Of a DNA stretch of 64,000 bases, positions 1 to 13,800 are shown piece after piece. The notes beneath the pieces are model-generated. The model made no database searches. It saw only the letters and a program-made list of their open reading frames with translations, and was not told the DNA's origin. The translations under genes were made by a program, and so were the position numbers. Every line of letters starts with the position of its first letter. Positions within the stretch are counted from its first letter, which is position 1. This DNA comes from Oculina patagonica (lineage: Eukaryota). The stretch spans positions 7,688,001 to 7,752,000 of the forward strand of contig NC_135763.1 in assembly GCF_052425735.1 (NCBI RefSeq), written 5' to 3'.

Positions 1-3000
1 TTGAAAGAGTATGATGGAGTTGTCGCAGATATTCCTGAAAATGTACTTCCCCTTATGAAGCCATTTACCAACCGGGTAGATGAAACGATCAAGCCTGGTT
101 TGACCATGTTGAACTGGACGTCCCTGAATGTCCACTCCTGTGAGTACCTAGTTAAAAATCCCCAAAAACCTAGTTAACTAGTTAAAAATCCCTGGTTAAA
201 AATCCCAATTTGTGTAAGGCAGATCAGTTGAGTATTTACATCCTTAGCCAAGGAGTTGAACACGTTACTACAACAAACAACAGCTAGGTGGTCAGAATGG
301 GCCTTGAACCTGCGACCTCCAGACTTCAAGTTTGGCACTCTAACCTCTCCGCCATGATGCCTCCATTATCTTGCAATTTTAAGAAAAGTCGCCATGTTAC
401 CTTTTTCTTACCTTGTTTGTTTATCAATCAGAAAAGCTATGATAATAACAGTTCCTTGATACATTTGCTTTATTTACTTTTGTATTTTACATGACAATGA
501 TTGCATTCCTCTTTGCAGATATCAACAGCATTCACAAATCAGTGAAAGGACTTGAAATACTTACAAAAGGGGTACATTTTAACTTTTCTTTTGCAAGGTG
601 CTTTCCTTTCACCTCAGTTTGGTAGTTTTCATTGCAAAAATTTGTGACTTGGATTTAATAAAGCCAACTACGTTGCTCCAAATTAACATGAAGTGTCACA
701 AATCCCATAGTACATCCCGACGTTTATGTTTTGTGTGGAACCCTAGGCTAGTGTGTGAAAAGCCTTGTTTTTTGTTCCCCCTCCCTTTGCACAAACTACA
801 AACATACAGTAGATTCAAATGGATGTTAACTGTACTGTGGAGATACTACCAGTGAACCATGATGGTTGTGACTGAACTCTGTGCTCTCTTAGGTAAAAGA
901 CATGCTTGACTGCCGAATTGAGGCTGTGTTGCAAGACATTGAATTAACACGGCTGTGTGATCTGCCAGAAGATGAAGCTGTCACTGTAGAAGAATTTGTA
1001 AACGTAACTGAACGAACGTGCCAAGAAGCTGCAGAATCTTTGTCAAAGTGAGTTTGCTTTGTGAATTCATTTAGTTCCTTTCTCTATCTGGCTGTTGGGC
1101 ATGCAAAGAGGTTTCATAAACTGATGGTTAGGGAATGTCATCCAGCTTCATTTGTTTTTTACGCCTGCAATGTAATGCCAGCAGCCTTTTCCAGTACAGT
1201 ATACCAAATAGGCTGTCTTAAGTTAGAATCGGTTGGGGAATAAGTTCGGGTGAAGGTTTGGCATAGTTGGTGCTAAAAGATTGGGTGGGGGATGGAGTTG
1301 GTGTTTGGACTAGTTAGTACTGTTAGCTTATGTATGTGTTGATTAGAACCTAACCATTGAGACATCCTGACCCATGCTTGTTGGAAACTTGCCTGAAAAA
1401 TTATTTAATCAATGAATAAATGAATTAAAACCTTTATGTACGCATCCGGGAGGTATTTAGCTTGAACAGAGAAATACAAGTACAGAGGTTTTAAGAGGGT
1501 CTCTCTCTGAAAATGTTGTGGCGGGCCCAAACAGGCAAAATATTTATTGCTCCTAACAAGGCCAGAAAATCATTTTGAATCAAACCAAATCTGTTTTAGT
1601 CCTAGCCTCAGGTAAAGTCTTTCAGTTGCCAGAGTTTCAAGCAAAGTTATTTTTGATGTGAATAAATTGAGTGGGTGGTTTTCAGAGAGACAGCCTCTTA
1701 AGAGTTATTTTTATTGGTACTCAGGTACAACCACTTGGTGGAGTCATCAGTGAACATCCTTCTTCAAACACTAAAAGACAATTTGAAGCCATCAGAATTA
1801 ACAGGTCTTGATAAGGAAAACTACCCGTGTCTGTACCCTGAATCAAAGCAGGCAAAGAACAACAAAGGAAACAGATGTTGGGAGTGCATGCCATGTTGCT
1901 ACTGGAGCTTGTTCATCTTTTTCAATCAGAGATGTATTGAGGCATTGGTGAAATCTAAAAGACAGTCACTGGATGCCATTAAACGTCGCATGCAAGCAGC
2001 TAGCAAACACATCAAGGAGAGCAGTGATACTGATGCTAAATCACCAGCTCTTTTTAAGGTGAGTGCATCTCTTGGTACATGAAAGCTAATTCTTCCTTAC
2101 CAATTCTAGCTTCCTCTCATCTCCTCTCCCTCCCTCCTTCCTTCCGCNNNNNNNNNNNNNNNNNNNNNNNNNNNNNNNNNNNNNNNNNNNNNNNNNNNNN
2201 NNNNNNNNNNNNNNNNNNNNNNNNNNNNNNNNNNNNNNNNNNNNNNNNNNNNNNNNNNNNNNNNNNNNNNNNNNNNNNNNNNNNNNNNNNNNACCAACAA
2301 CCCACCCTCCCTCCGTCCCTCCCTCCCTCCCTCCCTCCCTCCCTCCCTCCCCGCCCTCCTTCCCTCCCCCTTACCCGCTTTCTTCATTTTTGTCTTCCTG
2401 CCTCCATCCCTCTCCCTGCTCCCTCTTTCCCTTATTTCCCTATTTCGTTCATTAAGTCATCTGTATTTCTTCCAGGCTGATATCGTGTTAGAAATTCCAT
2501 CAATAGTAATGAAGCCAAGTTTGGATGACATTCAGCAGGCGTTGAACAAAACAGTCCAGATCATGCTTAAAACAACACAGGTAGGACATCGAAAGGGTCA
2601 AATGTAGGTTGTATTGTGGGCAAATATAAGGCAATATATGAAGTGTATGTCCATGACAATGATTCTACTGTGTCCATTTCCAGACGATGTTTTTGTTTGT
2701 TTCTTTGATGTTTTCATTTAATTGGCATTTTAAGAAATTATTTTTGTTACATAAGAAGCGTAAGTAAAGTTTCCAAATTGGAAACTGCTGTAGCAAGTCA
2801 CATGTGGATCTTAACTGTAAACGTTGAGAGTCCACAGTTGTAATGAAGTTAACAAACTTCTGCCTAGTACAAGGAATAATCTCCTTTCTTTTCTCAATCC
2901 TCAAGAATGTATATGAATGGGAACAACATGGAGTCATTCATCAGCCGCCAATCATTGTCGCAGAAGAAGGAAAAGTTCTCCCTCCTTTGGTACCCAAGTC

Positions 3001-6000
3001 TCTTTACAAGATTGTATCTGAGCACAAGGATGTCACCAAGGTATTTACATTTGTTTTTAGGAGGATGTCTAAGCTCTAAGATAAAAATTACAGTATCTTT
3101 TGAAATAATATGAACTATTAAAACAATGAAATTCTGAATGAATTGTGTGGTTATTTATAACTGCATGTGAACAGTTTAGATTTTAGGTAAATTACAGGTA
3201 TTGTTTTAACTGAAAAATATTGTTATATTTGAAGGTGGTTATTACTTTGAGTTCAGTTGTAAGTTCATTGAAAATGGATGCCACAAAAATTTTGGAGGAA
3301 ATGGACCAGTTCAAGGAACTATGGAATCAGGTAAATTCAATGTTAAATCTGGTCCACATAAGAGCAAACCGGCAAAAACCAAACACAGAATTAAATCTGG
3401 CCAATCACATCAGACATTCACAATGCAATGAATCAATCAGATTTTCAAGTGAAAACACTTGTCTGGTGATAAAATTGATGTGAAGGCACACATGCCACAA
3501 GCCAAGTCACTTATAGTTTTGGCTCTTATACTTAAAAAAACGTTTTCTTTGCTCTGAAAGTGGTTGTTTAGAACTTTATTGTAGGGCTCTACTTTTCAGT
3601 CGGTCAACTGTTAACCACTCTATTATACACATGGATTGAGTATATGAGGTTGTCCTTTATTGAGCGAGTCCATGGGATCGTTAAATTGCAGACTTCATAT
3701 TCATCCTCAGATTCAGATTTTCATTTTATTAATAGTTCGCTTCGATCACCACTTTTTGAACTTTCAGGATCCAAACACAAAAGTCAAGGAGTTCATGGAG
3801 TCCAAGCCATTGCTGTCAGACTTTGATGCTCAGATTAAGTATTATCAGCGCCTGGAAACTCAGATTGAGGAGTTACCTGGAAGTTACCACATTGGCCCTG
3901 TGGAATATCTCACTGACAGAATCAAAGAAGCTTTGGTCAGTGAAACTAAGGCCTGGAAACAGGCATTTGGCAAGGCATTGGCAGAGAAGGTAAGATCTGC
4001 AAGTGGATATGTGTGCTTGATATGTCAATTTTTTCAGTTAGACATTAAAATAGTTTAAAGCCCTGGCCAAACGATAATGCAAGTGGACGCAAGTTGTCCT
4101 AAGTTGAACTTGCGTTCAGACTTGATTGGCTGGCCAAACGGACTAGCAGGTTTACTCGCAAGTGCACACAAGTTGTCAAAAAGGCATTTCAATGCTACTG
4201 CACGCTCTACAATTCAGTACTTGAAGTAAACAGCAAGACTTGCGTTGACTTGCGTTGGGTTGCAGAAGGGCGAAAAACTTGTGTTGACTTGCGTGCAGAT
4301 TTGATCTTGGCCAAAGTCATCACAAGTCATCGCAAGTGCACGCAAGTCCTGGTAATGGAGAACTCAAGTGGACGAAAGATTTTGTCATTTAATGTTAAAA
4401 AGTGATAGTTATGGCATGTGCGACTCTACAGTTCCTGAGTGTATATAATTTTATCAACTGCTCAAAAAATCAGTTGTTTTTGTTGTATTTGGCAGGCAAG
4501 TGCAGACATGGAAGAAATCTTCCTGTTCATTGACAACCTCAACAAGCGACTTGCCCGTGGTATTAAGGATCTTGATGATGTGAGAAGCAGCATGGCTGCT
4601 CTCAGTGAGATAAGAGAGTCTGAAATAAGGTTTGTGACTTGAACTGTGTGATCGCAAGATACTATACTTAGAGACTTAACAGAAACGAGAACTGGAAATA
4701 TCAACAGGAGCTTTAAATTGGGAAATCATTCTAGTATCATAGTTTAAGAGAAGACAGTGGCGTCTTGTTGAAATCTGTTTCATTTGCTGTGAGGGAGACA
4801 TTAAAGTTATGAGCTCAAGAATTCCACGGCGAAAATGTTGAAATATGGAGGCCTGTGTTGTGTCTTCGACTAGTTTTTTTTAAGTGCATGGAAAGTCATC
4901 ACCAAGTAACATCCAATCCTTGACACTAAATGGATCTCTGTAGTGCCACACCGTCAGTATGTATCAGTATCACAAAGTCTCTCTTGAAGGGAATGGAAAT
5001 CAAAGGTCTGTCATTTACTTGAAAACCTGCTTAGAATTGCCTTTGAATATATATAGTGCCAACGTTTTTTCAAAATCAGCCGATAAATCGAAAGAGATTG
5101 CTGTTACCAGTTACCATTGGATGGTTGTCTCAAAGAAGACCAAAAAGCTGGGAAACTGGACAAGATACAGACATTTCTGGCATTCTGATTAACTGGCAAA
5201 GAGGAATGCCTCTGCACGTATTCCAGGATTTTCTACCAGAATTTGGACCATTTGATTTTCAATGAAAATTTCCATTTTTTGTCAAATGATAAGCACCCGA
5301 GATCACTGAGATGTGTTATCAGGCTTGTCAGATTTAAAAGAGTCATGTCTCACAGTGAGAGTTAATTCCTATAAACATGCTACAAATGTTACATTGTCTA
5401 AGATATGTTATTTTTTGCTACAGGATTGACATGACAATTGGTCCAATCGAGGAATCGTTTGCTATGATGAATCGCTATGGCCTTGTTTATTCAAGCAGTG
5501 ATGCTGAAAGAGTGGATGGTCTTACCTATGCTTGGCGTAAATTGCATGCGCAGGTATTTGAGGCCGTTTGCTGAGGCCTATAGAAAACCTTGGAAGTCAT
5601 GAAATTTTAGAATTTCATTTTCCAGGCTGGAAAGTCATGGAATATAGGTGTGGGTCATGGAAAGTCTTGGAAAGTGGTATTGACTGTACAAACAAAATTA
5701 GGCAGGTTATTTTTTGTGAAGAAAAGGGTAAAAACGTACTCGAACTCAAGATAATGTTTGAAAATTTCCAAGAAAAATGGTCAAAGAAAAAAGAAAAGGG
5801 TAAAAACGTACTCGAACTCAAGATAATGTTAAAAAGTCATGGAAAAGGTCATGAAAAGTCATGAAATTCCAAAAGCTTAAAAGAGTACAAACCCTGTCTC
5901 TTAGATACAAATGGCCTCAGTGTATAACTACATTAAACTCCAAGAGGTATATCATCTTTTTTGGTCAGAGTTTCATCTCCTAATAATAAATGAAGACATC

Positions 6001-7845
6001 TCTAATGCCTGAATACATGCCTGCAGGCTTTGCCAGAGAAGTTGCTAAAAAACACGACATGGCAGCTCTCTGTGCTTTATTGTTACAGTATTTGAGTGCA
6101 AGATTATGTAAATAATAATCGTATACTCATTGGGTGTTGCTTTTACAATAATTAACCAAAGTAGCGCTCCCATCAAGTGACTATTCCACTTGTTCTTTTG
6201 ACTTGAGAGAACTTTGAGCTCTTGTCTTAGTGTAGCAAGTAATGTGCATTGTTTTGTTACTAAAGTACGTAACGGATACGTTTCTTTCGCATCTGATAGG
6301 CTGGAACGGTTGCAAGCCACCTCCTTCAGATCCAACCTACATTCAAAGCTGATCTCTTGGATGGTGTAGAGAAGTTCAAAGATATGGTCACATTATTTGT
6401 TCAGGAATACAACGAAAAGTAAGAGCGTATTAAAACCGAAAGCTTGGTCTTGATTGAAAAAAAAAAGTTTATGTGTATCGGTAGCTCACAGAAGAACATT
6501 CTTGAGCTTGTTTAGAGAATGAATTTTGGACAAATCGGGGGAAAAATGAAATCGTGTTAAAGAACAAACGAATATACGTAATTCTAAACCAGATATCATT
6601 CTGTTCTTTTCAAAATATGTCATTTTCTTGGCGATTTTTTGCTCCTTTGATTTGGCGTATTACTCTAGTTACACTTTTTTTATTTGAAGTTATCGAGTAC
6701 TCAAATGAAGAATCTCCACACTTGCAGTTAAAATGGTACATCGAAATAAGTTCGTGTCGACGTAATGTTGCAGTTCTCGATAAAACAAAATGTCTACTAC
6801 TGGCGTTTTCCTAATTATGCATAGATATTGCAGAAAGTCATAAATCGTTAGAAATGGTCTGTTTTCCCCACTCCCTATCCATGAGATATCTTCTCTTGCT
6901 CTTGTATGGATCATAAACAAATGTAACAATACTCAATACAATTTTAAATTACTTTTCTTTCTGTACATCATAGAGGTCCCATGGTTGCAGGCATTCCTCC
7001 ACGAGAAGCTAGCGATCGCTTGGGAATTTTCCAAGCTCGATTTGACGAGCTGTGGAGAAAGTATGAAACGTACTCTGGTAAGAATTTAATTTTAGTAATG
7101 TGTGTCTTTTCAGTCAGTCAGTTTTAAGACCTCACACAATAAACTGACAGCAACTTTCACTTAACTCTTAAGATGACCTGCACTCAGGTAGGTTGGTGAA
7201 ACATCGGTTACCAAAAAGACTCCTTTTCAAGACTACTCTCACACTTAATATGACAAGACAGTCATCTTAACATGTGGTCGAAAGCCTGCTTGAAATTGTA
7301 ACAGTGCTTTGAGGAAACAATTGAGAAAGAGAAAGAAGATTTTTAAGTGATTTCATAAGCTCAAGTAACTTAGTAAGTTTTTGAAGATTGTGTTCGGCCA
7401 ATGTCAGTGTCAACAGTACTTTTTTATCCTTTAAAAATGTACCTCGCCCCACAATGTGTGCAGCTTGAAAATGGAGCGATAAGGTTATAATTATAGATAT
7501 TATTATAGTTATATCCACGGTTGTGATATGACTGTTGTGTTGTCATTTCAAGGTGGCGAGGAGCTGTTTGGTTTGACAGTCACCGAGTATCCAAACTTGC
7601 AGAGAATTCGTAAAGAACTGAGTCTTCTTCAGAAACTGTACAACTTGTACAACTCTGTCATCGATAATGTCAATGGCTACTACGACATTCTGTGGCAGGA
7701 GATTGACATTGAGAAGATCAATAATGAGCTGATGGAATACCAGAACAGGTTAATACTAGATTACTGGTTTTTGTATGTGAGGTCCAGTTAGCTCAGTTGG
7801 TAGAGCGCCGGACTACCGCACGGGAGGTCTCGAGTTTGAGCCCCA

Positions 7846-7879
<34 letters not shown>

Positions 7880-10800
7880 GGGAGAATATGCTGCCTTTGC
7901 AATAGCATCTGCAAATGGTTAGATATTCTAGTCTTCTCCGATAAGGACGCTAAACCGAAGGCCCCGTCTCCTGCATCTTCAGAGTTACAGTCGGCAGGGG
8001 ATGGAAAAGAACCCATGTACTTATCGTTAAGAGAAGGGTACGGAGTCCCCAGTGTTGTGGTCGGGTCTTTTCTCACTGTGCTATGTACTGTGAAATGCTC
8101 GCAAATACTACCTGTATAAGCTACTCTGCAAAATCCGTGGGTAAACAAAGTGATGGCGATGATGACTGCAGCTTTTGAGGCCTTAGGCCCACTCTCTGCG
8201 GTTTTCTTTCTGAGCTTACCAGACGTTTACGATTACGTTTCAGGATCCGAAAACTACCCAAAGCCCTGAAGGAGTGGCAAGCCTTTTTAGACCTCAAGAA
8301 GACAATTGATGATTTCAGTGAATGTTGCCCTCTTCTGGAAATGATGGCGCACAAAGCGATGAAGCAGCGACACTGGGAAAGAATTTCCACCATCACTGGT
8401 GTCACGCTGGATGTCGAATCTGAAACGTTTCAGCTGCGGCAGCTTATGAGTGCACCTCTGTTACCAAACAAGGAAGACATTGAGGTATGCCACGGTAGAC
8501 AGCAGTATCTGACAAACATGAATTTGGATTTACTATCAGCAAGGAGAATCTATAAGAATAGAAAGAACTCAAACAAATTTTTTTTGAAGAAATTATTGTG
8601 ATAGGGCGATAGCAACAGCAAACTCAGATTCAGACTCGTGTATTTCACAAGCCTGGTGAGCTAACTTTTAGGCGTCATTCATCAAGTGTGTGACAAACAT
8701 TGATACCTTCTCTCTTTTCCCCTCTCCTTTGTTTCTTTTTTTCTTTCATCTTTTGTCAAGGCTGAAAACAAGTCTTTATGATACCATAGCCTTAAGAGGT
8801 ATTAGACTCAAATAGAATAGCCATTCACAGCTTCTTAAAGGGAATGTGTCATGGCAGAGTTAGGTTTTGTTATTAAGTTTGGCCAGTTACTCGCTGTTAA
8901 ACCCAATGTGTCTCCAGGCATTATATTTTAAAGTTACAAGCAAACGAGATTAACTTTGAAAACTGTTCAGCCTAATAGTATTTCAAAAACCCATATCGCA
9001 ATCCGTTTCAATCTTTGTCACTTTTGGCCATCCGTACCTTCTTCTGCATTTGCTATGTTATTGAAATGTTCCTTCACTGTTTTTAGCAGTTATTTTTATA
9101 TTGCAATAAATTTGATGGCCTTTTTTCATAACTAAACTGGGTAGAATCCGTGACACAGTTCCTTTAACAGTTTTTATCATTGCAACAACAACTACTTTTG
9201 TTTATATAACAAGTGCAATTGTCCTAGGACGTTTGCATCGCTGCCGTCAAAGAACGTGACATTGACTTCAAGCTGAAGGGAGTCGTGTCTGAGTGGAGCA
9301 CGCAGGTGTTTTCTTTCTCCAACTTCAAGAATCGTGGCGAGCTGCTGCTCAAAGGAGCAGAGACTTCTGACATCGTGTCGTTGATGGAAGACAGTTTGAT
9401 GATACTTGGTTCTCTGCTAAGCAACAGGTACGTCCTTGGCGCTGACGGCTGTAAAAATATCAGAAAGAGCCATCTTAGTTAGAAAGTTAAGTAATAGTTT
9501 GTTAACTAGCGTCAAAAAAATACATCAAATTATTTAAGGAAGGAACTCACTTTTATGGGAAAATTGAAATAAACGGTTCGCTTATAAATTTTAGATGCAC
9601 CATAGAAAATAAAGTCCCTAAGCGTTAGCTCAAACTAGAGCCAGGTTCACTGCGAATGTAAGTAACTTTAAAAACCCACGTCAGTAGGCCTAATACTGTA
9701 TTCATATTCACGCCTCAAACAAGACTCCAGCTTGAGCTGAAAGCTTAGTAGCTTTATATTCTCTAATTTCGTGGTGTGGCGTTTTCACTGTATACACATG
9801 TAAGTTCACAGTTTAACATAGTTTTGTAAATGAGATTACTTAATTCCCAAAGATAATAAGGGTGTTACTTTGGTAATTTTCAAATTCTTATTTAGTCTAC
9901 TTTAGAAATACGACTTGCACCAAGTCGGTAACATTACCTTTACCTGAACAGGGACACATTTTAGTGCAATGGGAATGCATATGATGAGAAGGAATCTGTT
10001 GATTTGCAGGTACAATGCCCCATTCAAAGCGGAAATTCAAAAGTGGGTAGCAAAATTGACGGGGTCTACAGAGATCATCGAGAACTGGTTGGTTGTGCAG
10101 AACTTGTGGGTGTACTTAGAGGCGGTGTTTGTCGGTGGGGACATCGCCAAACAGTTACCACAGGTGTGTTATATGTCTTGAAATTTGTATACCGTATTTA
10201 TTCGAATGAGCCCCCCCCCCCCCCCCCCCCGAATAACCGCCGACCTTGAATAAGCACCACATTTGGGACAAAAAAGTTAATCAGCGCCGCCCTCGAATAA
10301 GCCCGCAGTCCCGATTCGGCGCTTATTTGATAAAATTCGTTTAACTACGAATGGCACTACAAAGCAACTCTAAGACAAGTATGAACATTTCTTTTTATCA
10401 AGAGCGATGTTTTGTAGTTGAAAGTGATTAATTTACCGCTCGTCCATTAGTTTTTCGATCCAACATTACAATACGTAGTTCTGTAAATGTTGTGAAGGCT
10501 GCAAACTTTGCCAGGAAAGCTAGCGCCACGAAAGCCATCGCCAAGTGACGAATACTGACAATCAAAAGACGCCATTTTCAACTGCTGTTTAAATAAGCGC
10601 CGCCCTCGAATAAGCGCCGCGCTTAAGGCTCGAAAAATTAAATAAGCGCCGCGGCGCTCGTTCGAGTTAATACGGTACTTGTATTTTTTCTTTACATCTG
10701 TGTTATTCTTCAGTCGATGTAAATCTAGTCCAACAAGTCATATTGTTTTCTTGTCCCTTTATTTGTGGCCTGCAGGAAGCAAAGCGTTTCAGTCAGATTG

Positions 10801-13800
10801 ACAAATCGTGGGTGAAGATTATGAGCCGAGCACACGAGAACTCCAATGTAGTGCAGTGCTGTATGGGTGACGACACGCTTGGACAGCTACTGCCACATAT
10901 CCTGGAACAGCTTGAGATTTGTCAGAAATCTCTCAGTGGGTAAGGAGGGAGAGCTCTGTTACTTACTGTAGGGAATTGCATGCAATCCTGCTAAATTTTG
11001 ACAGAAACCCATAAGGGTTGAAACGTGTAACGCGCGCGCACAGCGTTTGAATATTCATTTTGCTAAGTACCATATTTGGAAACACAAAGAATTCGTACGC
11101 GAATGCTTTATACGTAATGACACAGTGACACGCAACATAATTTTTGGTTTTGCGGCAAGTTGCTTGAATTTCGACCTAAACGCCGTTAATTTCGTACAGA
11201 AACTAAAGAAATACATTAAGTGTATCGAAGCGAAGTTCTCCAGACTACTTCAAGAAGATGAAACAGGAGAATTAAACCAAATTTAACTTTATTCAACCAA
11301 GCTTGTTCAAAAACAAGATTGCGCCATCGAGCGCGAGCTAGCGCGCGCTGTAAATTTAATCCAAATATAGTAATTTTGATTGGTTAAATGTTTCTCGTGA
11401 TTTTCCAAATATGGTACTTAGTGTAAACGAATGTGCAAACGCTTTGTACAATGCAAATCATAGGGAGTTACACATTTCAACCCTTATGGGTTTCTGATTT
11501 TGATGTAACAGTAGGAGGGGGAAGAGAAGGGAGGAGGCGAGAATTAACTGAGGCAGAGCGTTCTACGTTTATCAGAGAAGTCGCTAAACAACCTGAGACA
11601 TTGATAGGTCTCCACGCTTGGATCACACCATTTAGAGTATTCCTGACTGCGTTTGCTTGCGATTTGATTCCATGATACAGTCGAACCTCTTAAAGGACAG
11701 GGGAGAGTGTCCGTATTACAGAGGTAGAGTTTATATCAACTTTTCCGTAATAAAAGGGTGTGCGTATTATAGTGGTGTCCGTAAAGAGAGGTTCGACTGT
11801 GTAAAGCTCTTCAAGTCCTTCTTCGAAAATTTGCCTTAAGCATTCCCAGTGCAATCAAAGGCATGATAAGCTTTGTTTCAAACGAGTATGATGGTAGCAA
11901 CTCCTTAGATCGAATAAAAAAATTATGTCCTCTACAACCATGGCTTTGCAATTTAACTACATATTTAAACAACACACTGACGTTATATATTTCTTAACGA
12001 TACAAAGGTACCTGGAAAAGAAGCGTCTGGTGTTTCCACGCTTCTTCTTCGTGTCAGATCCCGCCTTGCTGGAAATCTTGGGTCAGGCCAGTGACTCGCA
12101 CACTATTCAGGCCCATTTGCTGGGTGTGTTTGACAACGTCAAGACGGTTACATTCCACGAGAAAGAGTATGACAAGATCCTAGCCATCAACTCACGCGAG
12201 GGAGAATCTGTTACCTTGGAAAATCCAGTTATGGCCCAGGTGCGTTTATCATGTCGAATACAAACTTGTCCAAAATGCCTTCCACACGGGGGAAAAACTG
12301 ATTCTAGCAACTGGTGTGAAACTAAGGCATTGAGGTCCGACACTGCAATACTCCTTTCTTTTATTTTGCGCCATATTCCAGTTTGGAGTAGTCTGGTGTA
12401 TTCAGCGAGAACTATAAAAGTAAATTAGAAAAAGCTGGTCTGAACGGACACTAGCATTCATTGGCGCCAGCTTTAAAGGCCTTACTGGGGGACCTTTCAC
12501 GGATGTGGACTACACCCAGGCAGTGAACTCTAACAGCTAGAGAATTGCAACAGCCTTCAGAAAAGATTGAAGGGGGCTATTCATATGGCATAGATATGAG
12601 AGTGGCGTACAGTGAGCTATGTACATGGAGGGACTATCTGCCTAGGTAGTATTGTATAATTATAAGTTTAAATTAAGTGTTAAATCTTCTTCATTCCAGG
12701 GAAACGTGGAGGTGTGGCTGAACACGCTTTTAAAAGAATCAAGAACTTCTTTACACTCCGTTATACGCACTGCCTCAATTGCTATCAGAGATCCCAGTTT
12801 CAAGCTTAAAGACTTCTTGGATACTTTTCCAGCACAGGTAAAACAGCTTTGTAAAGGTACTTGGTATATATGTTGTCACTGACCAACGCGTGGCCAGTGG
12901 TACGGTAAGCACACGAAATTTGTAAAGCTTTTCCTTGTTCCCCTTACTGAGGCAGCTACTTCCTTATCTTGTTGTGACCGCATGTGTTTAAAAGCTAAAC
13001 ATACATGTTCTTAAACACATTTCTTAATTTGAAATACCTTCAGTACACTTTTAATTGTTTTGTCTGCACTTGTAGAGGCCCTTTGATGATGTTTCTTGAT
13101 GGAAACACTTGTAATACTTGTAATCGCCTATTGATGGAAACACGTGTAAAACTTATACTAGTAATACGTGACTCGCAGGGCCTCGCGAAGCTCTGGGTTA
13201 TTGTTGCCTAGTAACGGACAAAATACAGCAGACAGAATACAAACAGAAACTGAACAACAACGAACTGCACGATTACAGAGACTTCGACAAAATACAGCAG
13301 ACAGAATACAAACAGAAACTGAACAACAACGAACTGCACGATTTCAGAGACTTCGACAAAATACCGCGGACAGAATACAAACAGAAACTGAACAACAACG
13401 AACTGCACGATTACAGAGACTTCGACAAAATACAGCAGACAGAATACAAACAGAAACTGTGTTATTTTAATCCGAAAAGAAAAACGATAAAAATAAAAAA
13501 GCTCAGGATTCGAACCCACAAAAAAAATTAAAAAAAAAAGAAAAAAAAAAAGAAAAAAAAAACCCTAGCCAGATTCGAATCCCCGCCCTCAGTCCCGAAG
13601 ATCTGATTTCAAGTTCGACGCTCACACCATTAGGCCACCAGCGCGCGGCCGTGTGACGTCATTTCCGCCACACACCAAGCTCACAAATAAATAATATATA
13701 GATATATATATGACCGTAAACTCCACACGAGATTTCATCCCGCCTGAGCCCTTTGAGGGACAAAATTATACACCCCGTTACGCTCGGCCTTCGGCCTCGC

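Noticed and set aside
7781-7855. Possible functional tRNA gene
   Set aside because: The tRNA-like head runs into a SINE body and tail, and the B box is degraded.
13217-13459. Regular repeats resembling a CRISPR array
   Set aside because: Contiguous tandem units with no unique spacers, in a eukaryotic intron.
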